Virus record (IMG/VR): IMGVR_UViG_2778261526_000005
Direction: 5' to 3' (one strand)
Source: a virus
Lineage: Duplodnaviria > Heunggongvirae > Uroviricota > Caudoviricetes
DNA length: 57,324 nt
Shown here: piece by piece, positions 12,298 to 22,630 of the stretch
Numbering within the stretch: position 1 is the first letter of the stretch
Layout: each line of letters opens with the position of its first letter
Made by a program: the position numbers and the translations under genes
The notes under the pieces: generated by a model
Seen by the model: only the letters and a program-made list of their open reading frames with translations
Database searches by the model: none
Told to the model about the DNA's origin: nothing

Positions 12298-12533
12298 GCC
12301 GCTGCATTCAGGTCTGCCGGAGACATCTGGTCGACAGAGCTTTGCGGCACTTTCGCCAGCCGCACGATGTATTTCGATACCACATGCGCCAGAAGTCTGA
12401 CGGACTCATCCTGATTCATCTGGTAGGGATATCCCAGCTCGCGGACATCTTTCCCGGTGGGCTCATCAAACTCCAGTACGGAGAGTGTCTCGCCATGAGC
12501 GGTAATCGGTTTCTTTAACTCAAGCTCTTTCAT
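12264..12533 (-). CDS. Tail assembly chaperone (short form)
   Basis: Position between tail tube and tape measure; ends just after slippery heptamer. Confidence 0.7.
   Translation of the reverse strand: MKELELKKPITAHGETLSVLEFDEPTGKDVRELGYPYQMNQDESVRLLAHVVSKYIVRLAKVPQSSVDQMSPADLNAAAWLVAGFFLQA
12266..12272 (-). promoter_or_regulatory. Slippery heptamer T-TTT-TTC for programmed -1 ribosomal frameshift
   Basis: Minus strand GGT TTT TTC in the zero frame (plus strand gaaaaaa). Confidence 0.6.
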
Positions 12534-12889
12534 TACTGGTAATCCCCTTCTTCACCGTGGAACTCAAGATCGACCGTGCCTTCTTCGGCATTATGGTTCG
12601 CTTCGCCGTGCAGCCAGGCAGACGACAGTACATAGACCTGACCGTTTGCCAGCTCGGCAGTGATGGTCATCTCATCAGACGAGGTGATTTTGCTCACCGG
12701 AAAATTCTTCGGCACCTTGAAGGTCCCTTTGACATAAGGCGCACGGTGAGTTTCCTTGCGGTCCACTGAACCGTCCAGGCCGATGATGTCATCATTGACC
12801 GTCCTGTTCATGGGCACCTCAATGCCGCCGGTCAGCGATAGCTGCTGACCGTCAATTTTGAAATAACAGGTTCCCCCGATACGGGCCAT
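12533..12889 (-). CDS. Tail tube protein (Mu gp40-like)
   Basis: 118 aa directly after sheath gene. Confidence 0.7.
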   Translation of the reverse strand: MARIGGTCYFKIDGQQLSLTGGIEVPMNRTVNDDIIGLDGSVDRKETHRAPYVKGTFKVPKNFPVSKITSSDEMTITAELANGQVYVLSSAWLHGEANHNAEEGTVDLEFHGEEGDYQ

Positions 12890-14385
12890 TATGCAGACTC
12901 CTCTGAATACTGAAGACGGAACTGGTTAACCACGGCAAAGACACGCAACTGGTTAACATAGTCAGGCGGGAACAGCGTGTTCAGGCGGTTCGGATCGCTG
13001 GCATCACGCTCCACAACCAGGTACTGCTTGAACAGTTCGTAGTTTTCCACGATCCCCGCACGCTCAAGCTGACGGTAGGTTGCCAGCAGTTCCCCTTTGA
13101 TCACCGCCGGGGTGACAATCGCCTGACCGGGACCAAAGCGGGTACCGTCGCTGGCAAGCTTGTGACGCCCGTACTTACTGGTAATGACGGATTTCAGTTT
13201 GCGCAGTACATACGCACTGGTATGCAGCGTCTCGCTGTCGAGGTAGCTGTTATCCGCAACCCCGTAAGCGTTTTTCCTGTACGTGGTGACATCACGCTGA
13301 ATGCGCAGTACCCCGCTTTCGACATACGCCGTTGCCACGCCATGAGACAGCAGGGTCTGTTGTTCGGTCATCGTGAACCGTTTCCCCTTCGGCGCAGGCA
13401 GCATACCCACCAGCTCACCGGTCTGCGTGGGACGTGCCGGATCGTTGCGGATAAACACCGCTGCGCGGGCGGTACGGCTTGCCGCCAGCTCGTCGGCAGG
13501 CGTCTGGGTGTCTTTTTCGTACCCCGCCAGGGTAATGTGCTGCTGGTTAAACTGGTCACCTGCGGTCACCAGTTCTGACAGCGTGCCGGTCTTTGCCGTA
13601 TACACATGACCATACAGCTGACGCGCATAGCTCCAGCGACCGCTGGTATCGTTCATCTCGGTCACCAGCGTGTTAACGGAGGCCGTGTCGTTGAACGGCA
13701 GGCCAATATAATCAAACGGCTCATCCGCCATTGCAGCCACCGCGCCGGTGAGAACAGGAGAGCCCGTTCCGGCGGTACCCGTCGCCACGGCAATCTGTAC
13801 TCCCGCTGGCAGCACTTCGCCCCCACCAAAGCCGTAGTAATTGAGGCTGACAGGAATTTCATTCCCGCAAAGCCCCTTATGACGCGCGGTCAGTGTGACC
13901 ACGCCTGCCGAAGATGAAGCCGTAAACGGCAGGGTCGGAACGGCATTGATGGCATCCTGGATACTGCTGGCAATCATCGTGACGTTATCGCCGTTAGTCA
14001 CCGGTGCCTGCACGCGGGTACGTCCCACATACACATTCACCGTGCCGGTTTCGGTTGCCGCCCCGGTCACCGTCAGCGTAACCGTTGCCGCCGCGCCTGT
14101 GGATTCAGGAACGGCAATCACATACAGCTCGCCAAACGGGTCAGTCTGGCGATAAGCCTCGACCATACGCGCCAGCTGACTTCCCGCACCACAAATCTGG
14201 CGTGCATAGTCTGCCGACGGCATCAGTACCAGACTGTTGGCAACAATCTCTGCACCGTTATTGGCATGACCAATCAGCAGCGATGCTCCGCTGTCCTGTG
14301 CAGTATTCGCCGCCTGGTTATCCATTTCCGCATAAAACAACGGAACCAGCGTATTCGACGGAATGGTGTTAAAGCTTATCGTCAT
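12889..14385 (-). CDS. Contractile tail sheath protein (Mu L/gp39-like)
   Basis: 498 aa, position and size. Confidence 0.85.
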   Translation of the reverse strand: MTISFNTIPSNTLVPLFYAEMDNQAANTAQDSGASLLIGHANNGAEIVANSLVLMPSADYARQICGAGSQLARMVEAYRQTDPFGELYVIAVPESTGAAATVTLTVTGAATETGTVNVYVGRTRVQAPVTNGDNVTMIASSIQDAINAVPTLPFTASSSAGVVTLTARHKGLCGNEIPVSLNYYGFGGGEVLPAGVQIAVATGTAGTGSPVLTGAVAAMADEPFDYIGLPFNDTASVNTLVTEMNDTSGRWSYARQLYGHVYTAKTGTLSELVTAGDQFNQQHITLAGYEKDTQTPADELAASRTARAAVFIRNDPARPTQTGELVGMLPAPKGKRFTMTEQQTLLSHGVATAYVESGVLRIQRDVTTYRKNAYGVADNSYLDSETLHTSAYVLRKLKSVITSKYGRHKLASDGTRFGPGQAIVTPAVIKGELLATYRQLERAGIVENYELFKQYLVVERDASDPNRLNTLFPPDYVNQLRVFAVVNQFRLQYSEESA

Positions 14386-14539
14386 CGGTATTCACCTTTT
14401 TATTCACGCGCCGGATATCACCCGCTGCTTCACGGCGCAGCCAGTAGTTGTTCTCGTCAACATTTCGCCCTTCGGCGGGCAAAAGGTCGCCGCGGGCAGG
14501 ATCAGGAACTGACCGCCCTTTAACAGGTTTGACAAACAT
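14369..14539 (-). CDS. Small tail-module protein (Mu gp38/DUF2635-like), 56 aa, not in ORF track
   Basis: Translated by hand: MFVKPVKGRSVPDPARGDLLPAEGRNVDENNYWLRREAAGDIRRVNKKVNTDDDKL; stop overlaps sheath start. Confidence 0.4.
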   Translation of the reverse strand: MFVKPVKGRSVPDPARGDLLPAEGRNVDENNYWLRREAAGDIRRVNKKVNTDDDKL

Positions 14540-14547
14540 GAGGATCC

Positions 14548-15108
14548 TCAGGAAGGAAGGGTTATTTCGGTGTGATGTTCGATATCGCCGTCAGGCCCGT
14601 TACCGGGATCGAGATAATCAACATCAATCGCCAGCGTTCGCAGTTCATCCAGACTGTTCAGGTCATCCTGCTGGCGGGTATCGTCTTCGGTCAGCTCGCT
14701 GATGACCGAAAAATCGAACTGATAAATCAGCTCATGACGATTCAGATCCAGCAGCGTGCCGCCGTCATAGGTAATCGGGTTACCGCACGCCTCCGGGTTC
14801 CAGCCCAGCAGAGCCTTAAAGAGCATCTGCCGGACATCGTCCACCACATCATACGAGGCAAACTGACCGCGCTCATCACGCCCGTTACTCAGTATGACAA
14901 CCACGGAGAAACCCTCTTTCAGCTCCTGCCAGTAGTCGGTCTGGCTTTTGTTTTCTCCCGGAGAATCATCACCCGGTACCACATACGCCGCCGGGAGTCT
15001 CAGCTTTCCGACCTCCGGCAGATTTTTGAACTGGGCCGCGCCTGCAACCCGGTTTTCAAAATACGGACAGCGGGCACGCAGTGCAGCAATAACGGGCGTC
15101 AGTTTCAT
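14548..15108 (-). CDS. Phage protein, Mu gp37-like (DUF1834)
   Basis: Position upstream of sheath. Confidence 0.5.
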   Translation of the reverse strand: MKLTPVIAALRARCPYFENRVAGAAQFKNLPEVGKLRLPAAYVVPGDDSPGENKSQTDYWQELKEGFSVVVILSNGRDERGQFASYDVVDDVRQMLFKALLGWNPEACGNPITYDGGTLLDLNRHELIYQFDFSVISELTEDDTRQQDDLNSLDELRTLAIDVDYLDPGNGPDGDIEHHTEITLPS

Positions 15109-15611
15109 CTGTGTCGTCGCTCCGGCTTCAGTGATTTACGCAATTCCCGCGCCAGAAAATAGCGTGTCCAGCTGCGGTTCTTTTCAAGAGTTTCCACCAT
15201 GAAGTTATTACGTGGAGCCAGTCGCCAGCCGCTGCCACCGGATGCACCACGATGATGGCCGCGACGACGCTTTGCCCCTCGCCTCACGCCATAGAACAAA
15301 AAAGCCGGATAAAAATCACCGGTGATACGGCGGTTTCCCTCTCCATTACGCTGGTTAGGGGCTATACGTGCCATAAAACCAGGGCGATGTTTACTGGCTC
15401 TGGGTACCATGTAACCAATTGAACGAGCCAGGCGTCCGGTCTGATAACCGGGGTTTTCACCCGGTGCCGACCGCGCACGGCGCATCACCAGCCGACGGGC
15501 ATCACGCATATGACGCTGACCAATCGTGACAAACGCCCGCCGGACACGGGCGCGGTTAAAGCGCATCTCCGCGGGCTGCTGAAAATCAACGTGCAAAAAG
15601 GAAGTCGTCAT
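15105..15611 (-). CDS. Arg-rich tail completion / neck protein (HK97 gp10-like)
   Basis: Position between head-closure and tail genes; basic composition. Confidence 0.45.
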   Translation of the reverse strand: MTTSFLHVDFQQPAEMRFNRARVRRAFVTIGQRHMRDARRLVMRRARSAPGENPGYQTGRLARSIGYMVPRASKHRPGFMARIAPNQRNGEGNRRITGDFYPAFLFYGVRRGAKRRRGHHRGASGGSGWRLAPRNNFMVETLEKNRSWTRYFLARELRKSLKPERRHR

Positions 15612-15996
15612 TGTTGCCTCCGTGACTCTGCCTACATTCGCCCAGCTCCGTACACTCCAGCAGCAGAAAGCGCCGCGCCCCGTTCAAATCGCGCTGACGT
15701 TTCACCCGGTACACACTGTCACCGCAGACCACCTCATAATCAGCGGTGATCCCCCGGCGGTAACGAATGGTGATGTAATGGGTGATGGCGTCCCCGGTCT
15801 GCGCGGTTTCCTGCCAGGTGGTGGCACTGGTCTGGATAACCTTCGCCCATGTCCGGAACGTAACCGGGTATTGAGGCTCCACGCCAAAGTTATCCGCGGG
15901 CATATCCACCCGCTGGCGGATCAGGACGCGTTTATTCAGTTCACCGGGGTCCGGCAGAATGTAGGTTGCGCTGGTCTGCGCCTGACGAATTTTCAT
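15586..15996 (-). CDS. Head closure / head-tail adaptor protein
   Basis: Position after connector protein. Confidence 0.5.
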   Translation of the reverse strand: MKIRQAQTSATYILPDPGELNKRVLIRQRVDMPADNFGVEPQYPVTFRTWAKVIQTSATTWQETAQTGDAITHYITIRYRRGITADYEVVCGDSVYRVKRQRDLNGARRFLLLECTELGECRQSHGGNNDDFLFAR

Positions 15997-16316
15997 TGCG
16001 GGAAATACCTGTACGGGCCGACAAGCCAGTTAAAGCTCATTGGCAACTCCATTTTCTCAACGTCTGTAACCGACGAGCGATTTTCGTAAAAATGGCTGAT
16101 AAGCATCAGCATCCCCAGACGAATATCATCCGGCAGGTGCAGCCCGTCCGGATCGCTGTCCGGAATGGTTTCATCCGGAGCATAGAGCTTCCGGTTCAGA
16201 TACGTTTCCGTCCGCTTTTGCGCCGCACAGGCCAGCAGTTGCAGATGGCGGTCATCAGCATCGAAATCCTCATCCAGCCGGAGTTGGGCTTTAATCTCTT
16301 CCATTGTCAGAAGCAT
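15993..16316 (-). CDS. Head-tail connector protein (gp6-like)
   Basis: Position downstream of major capsid gene; size about 107 aa. Confidence 0.55.
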   Translation of the reverse strand: MLLTMEEIKAQLRLDEDFDADDRHLQLLACAAQKRTETYLNRKLYAPDETIPDSDPDGLHLPDDIRLGMLMLISHFYENRSSVTDVEKMELPMSFNWLVGPYRYFPQ

Positions 16317-16318
16317 AC

Positions 16319-16519
16319 TCAGCTCTCTTTACTGGTCGTGGCTTTTTTCTCTTTTGCCGCTTTACTGCTTTTTGCACGGGTTCCGCGCTCAGCTAACCCG
16401 GCCTGAAGTGCAATCTCCTGCACCCGGACAGGAAGCGCCCCGTCGTCATACTCACCGGCCCGAATGACCTCAACACGCATACCGTCCGGTGACCATTTCA
16501 GATCTTGCTTCAGGATCAT
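16319..16519 (-). CDS. Small hypothetical head-module protein with Lys-rich tail
   Basis: ORF between capsid and connector genes. Confidence 0.35.
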   Translation of the reverse strand: MILKQDLKWSPDGMRVEVIRAGEYDDGALPVRVQEIALQAGLAERGTRAKSSKAAKEKKATTSKES

Positions 16520-16568
16520 GATTCTTCACCCGTCAGAACAGGGGGCGCGGTTCCGCGCCCCTGAGTGA

Positions 16569-17774
16569 TTACGCCGCTGCAATCTTCAGCAGTTTGATGG
16601 CCTGCGAATCGACCAGCATCCCGCCGGTGCGCTTGGTGGTATAAAAACCGACAAACGGTTTATTGGTGTACGGGTCACGCAGAATGCGGGTGCCGATACG
16701 GTCAACGATGGTGTAACCCCGTTTGAAGTTACCAAATGCAATGGCTTTCGCATCAGCGGCGATATCCGGCATCTGTTCGTTTTCAGCGATACCGTAACCC
16801 GCCAGAGAGGACGGCTGCCCCAGTTCCAGCCCCGGACGCCACAGATAGTTACCCTCGGTGTCTTTCAGCAGACGGATGGCAAACAGGCTGTTGTTGTTCA
16901 TCATGAACTTCGCGCCAGTGCGGTGTGCCTTACGCAGCGTGTAAATCAGTTTGATAATGGCGTCTGCGGTCACCGCGGTCGCTTCGCCGGATACAATATG
17001 CTGAAGTTTGCCGAACGCCCGGACCTTGTCGGTTTCATCAGTGGATTCATACGCCAGGAACCCTTTCGGCTTCTTGGTGCCATCGCCTGAGGTAAAGGCA
17101 ATTTCTTCCTGTTCGGCAAATTCGGTTGCCAGCTCGCTGTTGATCCAGGCCTCCACGTTGAAGAAGGCATCGTCCAGCATTTTCTGGGTAGCCTGCGGGT
17201 TGCCGTAGATTTCCCCCATGAGAGGTTCAATCAGCTCCAGTCTGGAGGTGGCAGTCTGGGATCGCGTATCCGTTTCCCCCACCCATCCGGAAGCCGTACC
17301 GCCCAGATTCACCAGTTTTTTGTAGTCGGAACCGCCAACGGTGATCACCGTGGCTTCCTGACGCATCACCACTTCATCTTTCAGCAGGTTAAGAATGTTG
17401 CGATCCAGTTCTTCCGGCACGGCGTAGCCACCGTCTTCATCGGTACCCACCTGCAATGCCTTACGCTCCAGATCGCGCAGACCGTCTTCACGGCCTTTAC
17501 GCAGGAAGCCCACAAACGCCTCTTTATGCTCGGTGGCCAGTTTATTTTGCGCTCCACCTGCCGGACGTTTCAGCTCAAGCAGCTCTTTTTCAAGGTCGCT
17601 TTTGAGATTTTCCAGCTCGCTGAGTTTCCCGTTCAGGGTTTCCACCTGCCCGGCAAGCTTGCCTTTTTCCTGCTCAATCGCATCCACGCGCTTGTCGTTC
17701 TTTGCTTTGAAGTCGTCAAACTTCTGCTGCAGCTCCTGCGCGACCTGTTCGACATCTTTAATATCAACCGCCAT
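16569..17774 (-). CDS. Major capsid protein, HK97 family
   Basis: 401 aa with N-terminal coiled-coil delta domain and HK97-fold C-terminal region; follows the prohead protease. Confidence 0.9.
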   Translation of the reverse strand: MAVDIKDVEQVAQELQQKFDDFKAKNDKRVDAIEQEKGKLAGQVETLNGKLSELENLKSDLEKELLELKRPAGGAQNKLATEHKEAFVGFLRKGREDGLRDLERKALQVGTDEDGGYAVPEELDRNILNLLKDEVVMRQEATVITVGGSDYKKLVNLGGTASGWVGETDTRSQTATSRLELIEPLMGEIYGNPQATQKMLDDAFFNVEAWINSELATEFAEQEEIAFTSGDGTKKPKGFLAYESTDETDKVRAFGKLQHIVSGEATAVTADAIIKLIYTLRKAHRTGAKFMMNNNSLFAIRLLKDTEGNYLWRPGLELGQPSSLAGYGIAENEQMPDIAADAKAIAFGNFKRGYTIVDRIGTRILRDPYTNKPFVGFYTTKRTGGMLVDSQAIKLLKIAAA

Positions 17775-17788
17775 CGTATTTCTCCTGA

Positions 17789-18475
17789 TTAGAAGTTCAG
17801 ATTTTTCAGTGCATTCAGTGCAGAGCCCACATCCTCAGCGTCGCGCAGGGACAGTGCGCCATAGCCCCCGGCCATGAATGCTTTGGCCTGGGTACGGGAG
17901 AGTCCGACATCACGCAGGACTCTTTCGATTTTTTTCTGTTCGGGGATTTCCCCGCGGGCCAGTGCGTTCTTGACGTCGCTGATCCGCGCCTCGTCGTTAG
18001 ACGGGAACGTCACCAGGCTGACTTCCCAGAGGTCGATTTCTTTCAGCAGAAAGGCTTCTTTGCTCCGGTCGTATTCCCAGTCTTTCAGGACGTACCCAAT
18101 AGAAAGGCCGGTTAACGAACCGGCCTTCATGTGTGCATGTGCGCGTTTTGCGAGGGGATCATCATCAATAAGCAACCGTCCCCTGACGTAAAGCCCGACA
18201 TCGTCTTCCTTCATTTCGGTGTAAACACCGATGGGTTCATCCATGCGGTGCTGCCAGAGCAGCGCAGGTAACGCTTTTCTGTCACTCCACGCCCGCAGGG
18301 AAGCAGCAAATGCCCCGGACATCACCACATCATCGTGGCTGTCCTTTACACCAAAGACGGAGCCATACCCTTCAAACTCACCGGAGTCACTGACAGATTT
18401 CAGACTCAGCGGTACATCAAGACGTTGTTTCGTCTGCATTGGCGTTATCCTTCTGCTTACCGGCTTTACTGCCAT
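17789..18475 (-). CDS. Prohead protease, HK97 family (start may be an internal Met)
   Basis: Position between portal and capsid; family recalled. Confidence 0.8.
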   Translation of the reverse strand: MAVKPVSRRITPMQTKQRLDVPLSLKSVSDSGEFEGYGSVFGVKDSHDDVVMSGAFAASLRAWSDRKALPALLWQHRMDEPIGVYTEMKEDDVGLYVRGRLLIDDDPLAKRAHAHMKAGSLTGLSIGYVLKDWEYDRSKEAFLLKEIDLWEVSLVTFPSNDEARISDVKNALARGEIPEQKKIERVLRDVGLSRTQAKAFMAGGYGALSLRDAEDVGSALNALKNLNF

Positions 18476-19658
18476 CGGAGGGTTTCGTGGTCATGTTCAT
18501 CGGTGTGAGATAGACATCACCACCGGGACGCGGATTCATATCTTCCAGGTCGCGGCAGTCATTGGGAGAGTAAATTCCCCAGTTGATCCCGGTGGCGTAG
18601 GCTTCAAAACGGGACTTCATATCCCCGCGCAGTAACGCCCCGGCGTTAAATTTGGCGTAATAAACGCCCTGCTTACTTTTTCGTACCAGTCCGGTGTTGA
18701 TCCGCTGTTCGATGCGGGTCAGATACGGCACCAGTGAATAGTTGATAAATCCCAGCCCCAGCTCTTCGATATTGTTGAAGGTGGCGCGATCGGTGTTCTG
18801 CACCATGTGCAACGGCACCCGGAACAGACGACAGATTTCTTCAAGCTGAAACTTGCGGGTTTCCAGGAACTGGCTGTCCTCGGCGTTCAGCGCCATCGAC
18901 TTCCAGTCCAGCCCCATCTCAAGGATCATCGGGCGGTGAGCATTGCCAAGCCCGGTGTGACGCTCCTCAAAATCTTTCTTCAGGCGCTCGTAAGCCTGAT
19001 CTGACAGCGTCTGCTCTGTACGCAACACACCCGACGTCACCGCACCATTGCTGAACAGTCTGGCCCCGTGCTCTTCGGTCGCTGCCGCCAGCGATATTGC
19101 CTCGCGGGCATAGGCGACGGGATTCAGCCCCACCAGTCCGTCCAGCGTCAGCGTGCGCACATGCCAGATATCCTCCTGGCTCAGTACATCCGTGGAGCCA
19201 TCCGGGAATGTGACCTGATAGACCGGCTCCCAGCTACTGTTAAGCTTCGGTACCACACAGCCGGGATCGACGGGCAGCAGTTCAGCCACTTCGCCAAATG
19301 CTTTCACTTTGTAGGCGTAAAAGTTTCCCCGCAGGCACAGACAGGTGACCACCAGCTCCCAGAACTCCTGCGGCGTCATATAGCCATTGGGATGCGTGGA
19401 GATCAGCTTATGCAGACGTTCGCCAGTGGCTCTCTGCTTCAGGCTGCCGTTCAGGTGATACAGGTTGCAGGGCAACATCCCGACCGACTCCGCCAGCACC
19501 CTGACACAGGAAAAAACCGCCGTCAGTCGCATGGCCCGCTGGCTGCTGATCTGCTTTCCGGTATAGGTGTCGTAGGACAACCCGATAGCATCCGCCAGCT
19601 CTGCTGGCGTGGTCACCGGTGCGTCACTTTTTCGTTGAAATAATCCCGAAAAGAACAC
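18417..19658 (-). CDS. Portal protein, HK97 family
   Basis: 413 aa, position after terminase. Confidence 0.85.
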   Translation of the reverse strand: MFFSGLFQRKSDAPVTTPAELADAIGLSYDTYTGKQISSQRAMRLTAVFSCVRVLAESVGMLPCNLYHLNGSLKQRATGERLHKLISTHPNGYMTPQEFWELVVTCLCLRGNFYAYKVKAFGEVAELLPVDPGCVVPKLNSSWEPVYQVTFPDGSTDVLSQEDIWHVRTLTLDGLVGLNPVAYAREAISLAAATEEHGARLFSNGAVTSGVLRTEQTLSDQAYERLKKDFEERHTGLGNAHRPMILEMGLDWKSMALNAEDSQFLETRKFQLEEICRLFRVPLHMVQNTDRATFNNIEELGLGFINYSLVPYLTRIEQRINTGLVRKSKQGVYYAKFNAGALLRGDMKSRFEAYATGINWGIYSPNDCRDLEDMNPRPGGDVYLTPMNMTTKPSDGSKAGKQKDNANADETTS

Positions 19659-19840
19659 TATTTACCTCCGCCGACAGACGACTGTGTACGGTCGAGATAT
19701 CGCGCCACCAGCCACGACCAGAACAGGCACAACGCCCCGGCAACAACAAACCCCGCCGGGGGATAAATCAGCCAGGCACCATACGCCAGCAAAAGCGCCC
19801 CCAGTACGCCCACCAGAGGCGCGAGAATCAGCATGATCAT
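19658..19840 (-). CDS. Small 2-TM membrane protein between terminase and portal
   Basis: Hydrophobic 60-aa ORF with GAGG RBS. Confidence 0.35.
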
Positions 19841-19851
19841 AATTACCTCAG

Positions 19852-21585
19852 TTAAAGCGAGCGGATCCCATAGAACTCAATGTGGTCAGACAGCGTGTCT
19901 TCTTTCTCGTACAGCATGGCTCTGCCAACCGCCATAATCAGCGCAACTGCACCATCGATTTTGTTTTCCGCCTGCTCTTTGACGGGCTTCACCACATCAT
20001 CGTTACCCGGAATGGTTTTGCCGACCACGTTGCCGATACACCAGGTCATGATGGGATTGCCATCATGATGAAAGCGCCCCGATTCAATTGCCGCTTCCAG
20101 CTCTTTCATCGGGTCGGACATGTTGGTGTAGTTCTGAATGATGGTGACGGGGTTCAGGTCTTCATCAGCAAGGTCATGTGAGAGCCCGGTCGCCCCGAAG
20201 GGGTCGATGGGTGACTCACTGACCGGGCTGATTTTGTTCGCCGCTTTGGCCTCCTCAAGGATGTAGCGATAATCCACCTCCGCACCATCGGTAACGGTCA
20301 GAACGCCCATTTCCACCCATTTCTGAAAGCGTTCGGCTGTCCGACGATCTTCATTTTTCTCGACGCTGTACACCGTGTCATACGGTACCCAGAAACGCGG
20401 GGCCACACTGTAGTAATGCGTTTTACCGTCAATCTCGCGGGTATAAAGTCGCGCCATGCTGTTCATATCCAGCTTACGCGCCAGGTCAAAGGCCAGAATG
20501 CACGGCTGCCCCCCGAACTGCTCAAGGGACAGTGATTTATCCTCGCAGCTCTGCCAGCTCACCAGGTTGAAATACGCAGAACGCGCCGACACCCAGATAT
20601 TGAGGTGTTTTGTTTTAAAGACGTTTGCCAGACGGGCGTTATTTTTCGCACGCTGCTGCTGACTTAACAAAAATTCGCGATAAACCGACACGCCAATATT
20701 TGGATTGGCTTTTTCCAGCACCTGCGGGTCGGTCCAGTCGTCACCTTCATCAACGGTATAGATGATCCCGAACAGTTCATCGTTAGGCACCGAGCCGTTG
20801 AGCATCTCGATGACTTCCCGCCGCTTGTCGTAGCACGGCCCCTCAATGTTGTACCCGGCGGTGGTGATAGCCCACATCAGTGGCTGACGTCGCGCCCCCA
20901 TCCCGGTAAGCATCGTGGTGTAAAGCGCATCGGTGGCGTGCTCGTGATATTCATCCACCACAGCACAGTGGGGTGATGAACCATCACCTGGGTTGCCGAT
21001 CAGCGGTTCAAACCGCGCGCCATCCTCCGGACGGTTCATGTTTGAGGCGTTAACCTCAATCCCGAACGCTTCCGTCAGCATGGGTGTGCGTTTACACATC
21101 AGTCGCGCCGGGCGAAAGACTTCCCACGCCTGTTTCTCTGTCGTGGCACCGGAATACACTTCCGCGCCAAACTCGTTATCACAGGCAAAACAATACAGGG
21201 CAACACCGGCAGAGATTGCTGATTTGCCGTTCTTACGGGGGATTTCGGTGTACACCTCCCGGAAGCGGCGCAACCGGGTGCCTTTATTGACCCAGCCAAA
21301 CGCACAGCAGATCACAAATAGCTGCCACGGCTCCAGCGTGATGGGCATCCGTTTGAATGCCCACTCCCCCTTGGTGTGCGGCAACAGCTGAATAAATTTC
21401 GCGGCCCGTTCAGCCAGGTCCTTGTCGAAGCGGTAACGAAACGACTTACTTTTTTCCGCCATCAGGTCATCAAGATGGCGCTGGCAGGCCTGAATCACAA
21501 ACTGGCAGGCAACAATCTTTCCGCGCACGACATCCCGGGCATACTGATTTGCAGCATTTACGTTGGGGTAAGATTTCCGGCTCAT
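19852..21585 (-). CDS. Terminase large subunit
   Basis: 577 aa, ATPase/nuclease architecture, position after small subunit. Confidence 0.9.
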
Positions 21586-22085
21586 GATTCGATAATTTTC
21601 AGAAACGGGTTAGTGGCTTTCTTCTTCCCCGCCAGGCCAATCAGACGCTGGCGGCTGCTGGGGTCGAGTCCGAGCATTGCCCCCGTACTGCTCATCTCGG
21701 ACTCCTGTTCTTTTTTGGCGGTCAGCTCCGGATTTTTGACCATACCGCCCATTGCACCGGTGATGGTGTTGCCCTGTCTGGCAATATTTTTCACGGCACG
21801 TCGCCAGAACTCGTAGGCCACGCACCACCGCTCAAGCACCGCGAGGTCAGTCACGCACAGCAGGCCCTGACCGCAGAGTTCTTTGGTTGTCAGTTGCCAC
21901 ATGATCGTGGCGAGAGGGAGATCTTCTTCAGCGAACCACTCCGGTGGCTCAACACCTTTGATGGGCGTAAAAACAGGTTCATCTTTATTCAGGGCTCGCT
22001 TGCCGGGGTTTCCGGCCAGCGCCTTGCGCGCCGTTGGCTTGGGGCGACGCCCGGAACGCCCCGCCGTTCCAGCCATATGCGGCAC
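21582..22085 (-). CDS. Terminase small subunit (P27 family)
   Basis: Overlaps large subunit start; family recalled. Confidence 0.75.
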   Translation of the reverse strand: MPHMAGTAGRSGRRPKPTARKALAGNPGKRALNKDEPVFTPIKGVEPPEWFAEEDLPLATIMWQLTTKELCGQGLLCVTDLAVLERWCVAYEFWRRAVKNIARQGNTITGAMGGMVKNPELTAKKEQESEMSSTGAMLGLDPSSRQRLIGLAGKKKATNPFLKIIES

Positions 22086-22201
22086 TCCTGGTTAAATTTC
22101 ATTTTTCGCGGGTATAAAAAAACGATGGGGCGGGCAGTCCGGAAGACGTCAGGTCACAGAGATTTGACCCGCCCCTCCCCTCAGACAGTTGAGAATTATG
22201 A

Positions 22202-22552
22202 TCACTTTAGCCGTTCACGGGCCGTCTTCGCCTTATGGCACGGCCAGCACAGGCTCTGCAGATTGCTGTCGGCATCTGTGCCGCCATGCGCTTTAGGGAT
22301 GATGTGGTCAACGGTTTTCGCCTCACGTACCACACCAGCACGCAGACATAACTGACACAGGCCTTTGTCACGTTGCAGCACACGCACACGGATAACATCC
22401 CACTTAGAACCATAACCGCGCTGATGACGGGACTGACCTGGCTTGTATTGCTTCCAGCCTTCGCTTTTGTGGCTTTCGCAATAGCCTGACGAGTCAGTGG
22501 TGGTATGGCGGCAGCCGCGAACGCGGCAGGCTTTTGGGGTTCGTGGGGGCAT
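22202..22552 (-). CDS. HNH endonuclease (terminase-associated)
   Basis: Cys/His-rich: CRVRGC...C..H, HIIPKAHGG, CWPCH; immediately upstream of terminase. Confidence 0.85.
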   Translation of the reverse strand: MPPRTPKACRVRGCRHTTTDSSGYCESHKSEGWKQYKPGQSRHQRGYGSKWDVIRVRVLQRDKGLCQLCLRAGVVREAKTVDHIIPKAHGGTDADSNLQSLCWPCHKAKTARERLK

Positions 22553-22560
22553 AAAAACAC

Positions 22561-22588
22561 CAGTAAAAAGCCTCGCTAATGCGAGGCT
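22561..22588 (-). terminator. Intrinsic terminator after the moron membrane-protein gene
   Basis: Minus strand: agcctcgc-atta-gcgaggct followed by ttttactggtgtttt. Confidence 0.5.
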
Positions 22589-22630
22589 AATTCATAGTAA
22601 CAATTTACTCTGACAGTACCACGACTGTAG

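Noticed and set aside
5882-21816. Numerous plus-strand ORFs of 60-200 aa across the structural module
   Set aside because: All lie antisense to tightly packed, translationally coupled minus-strand genes in GC-rich DNA.
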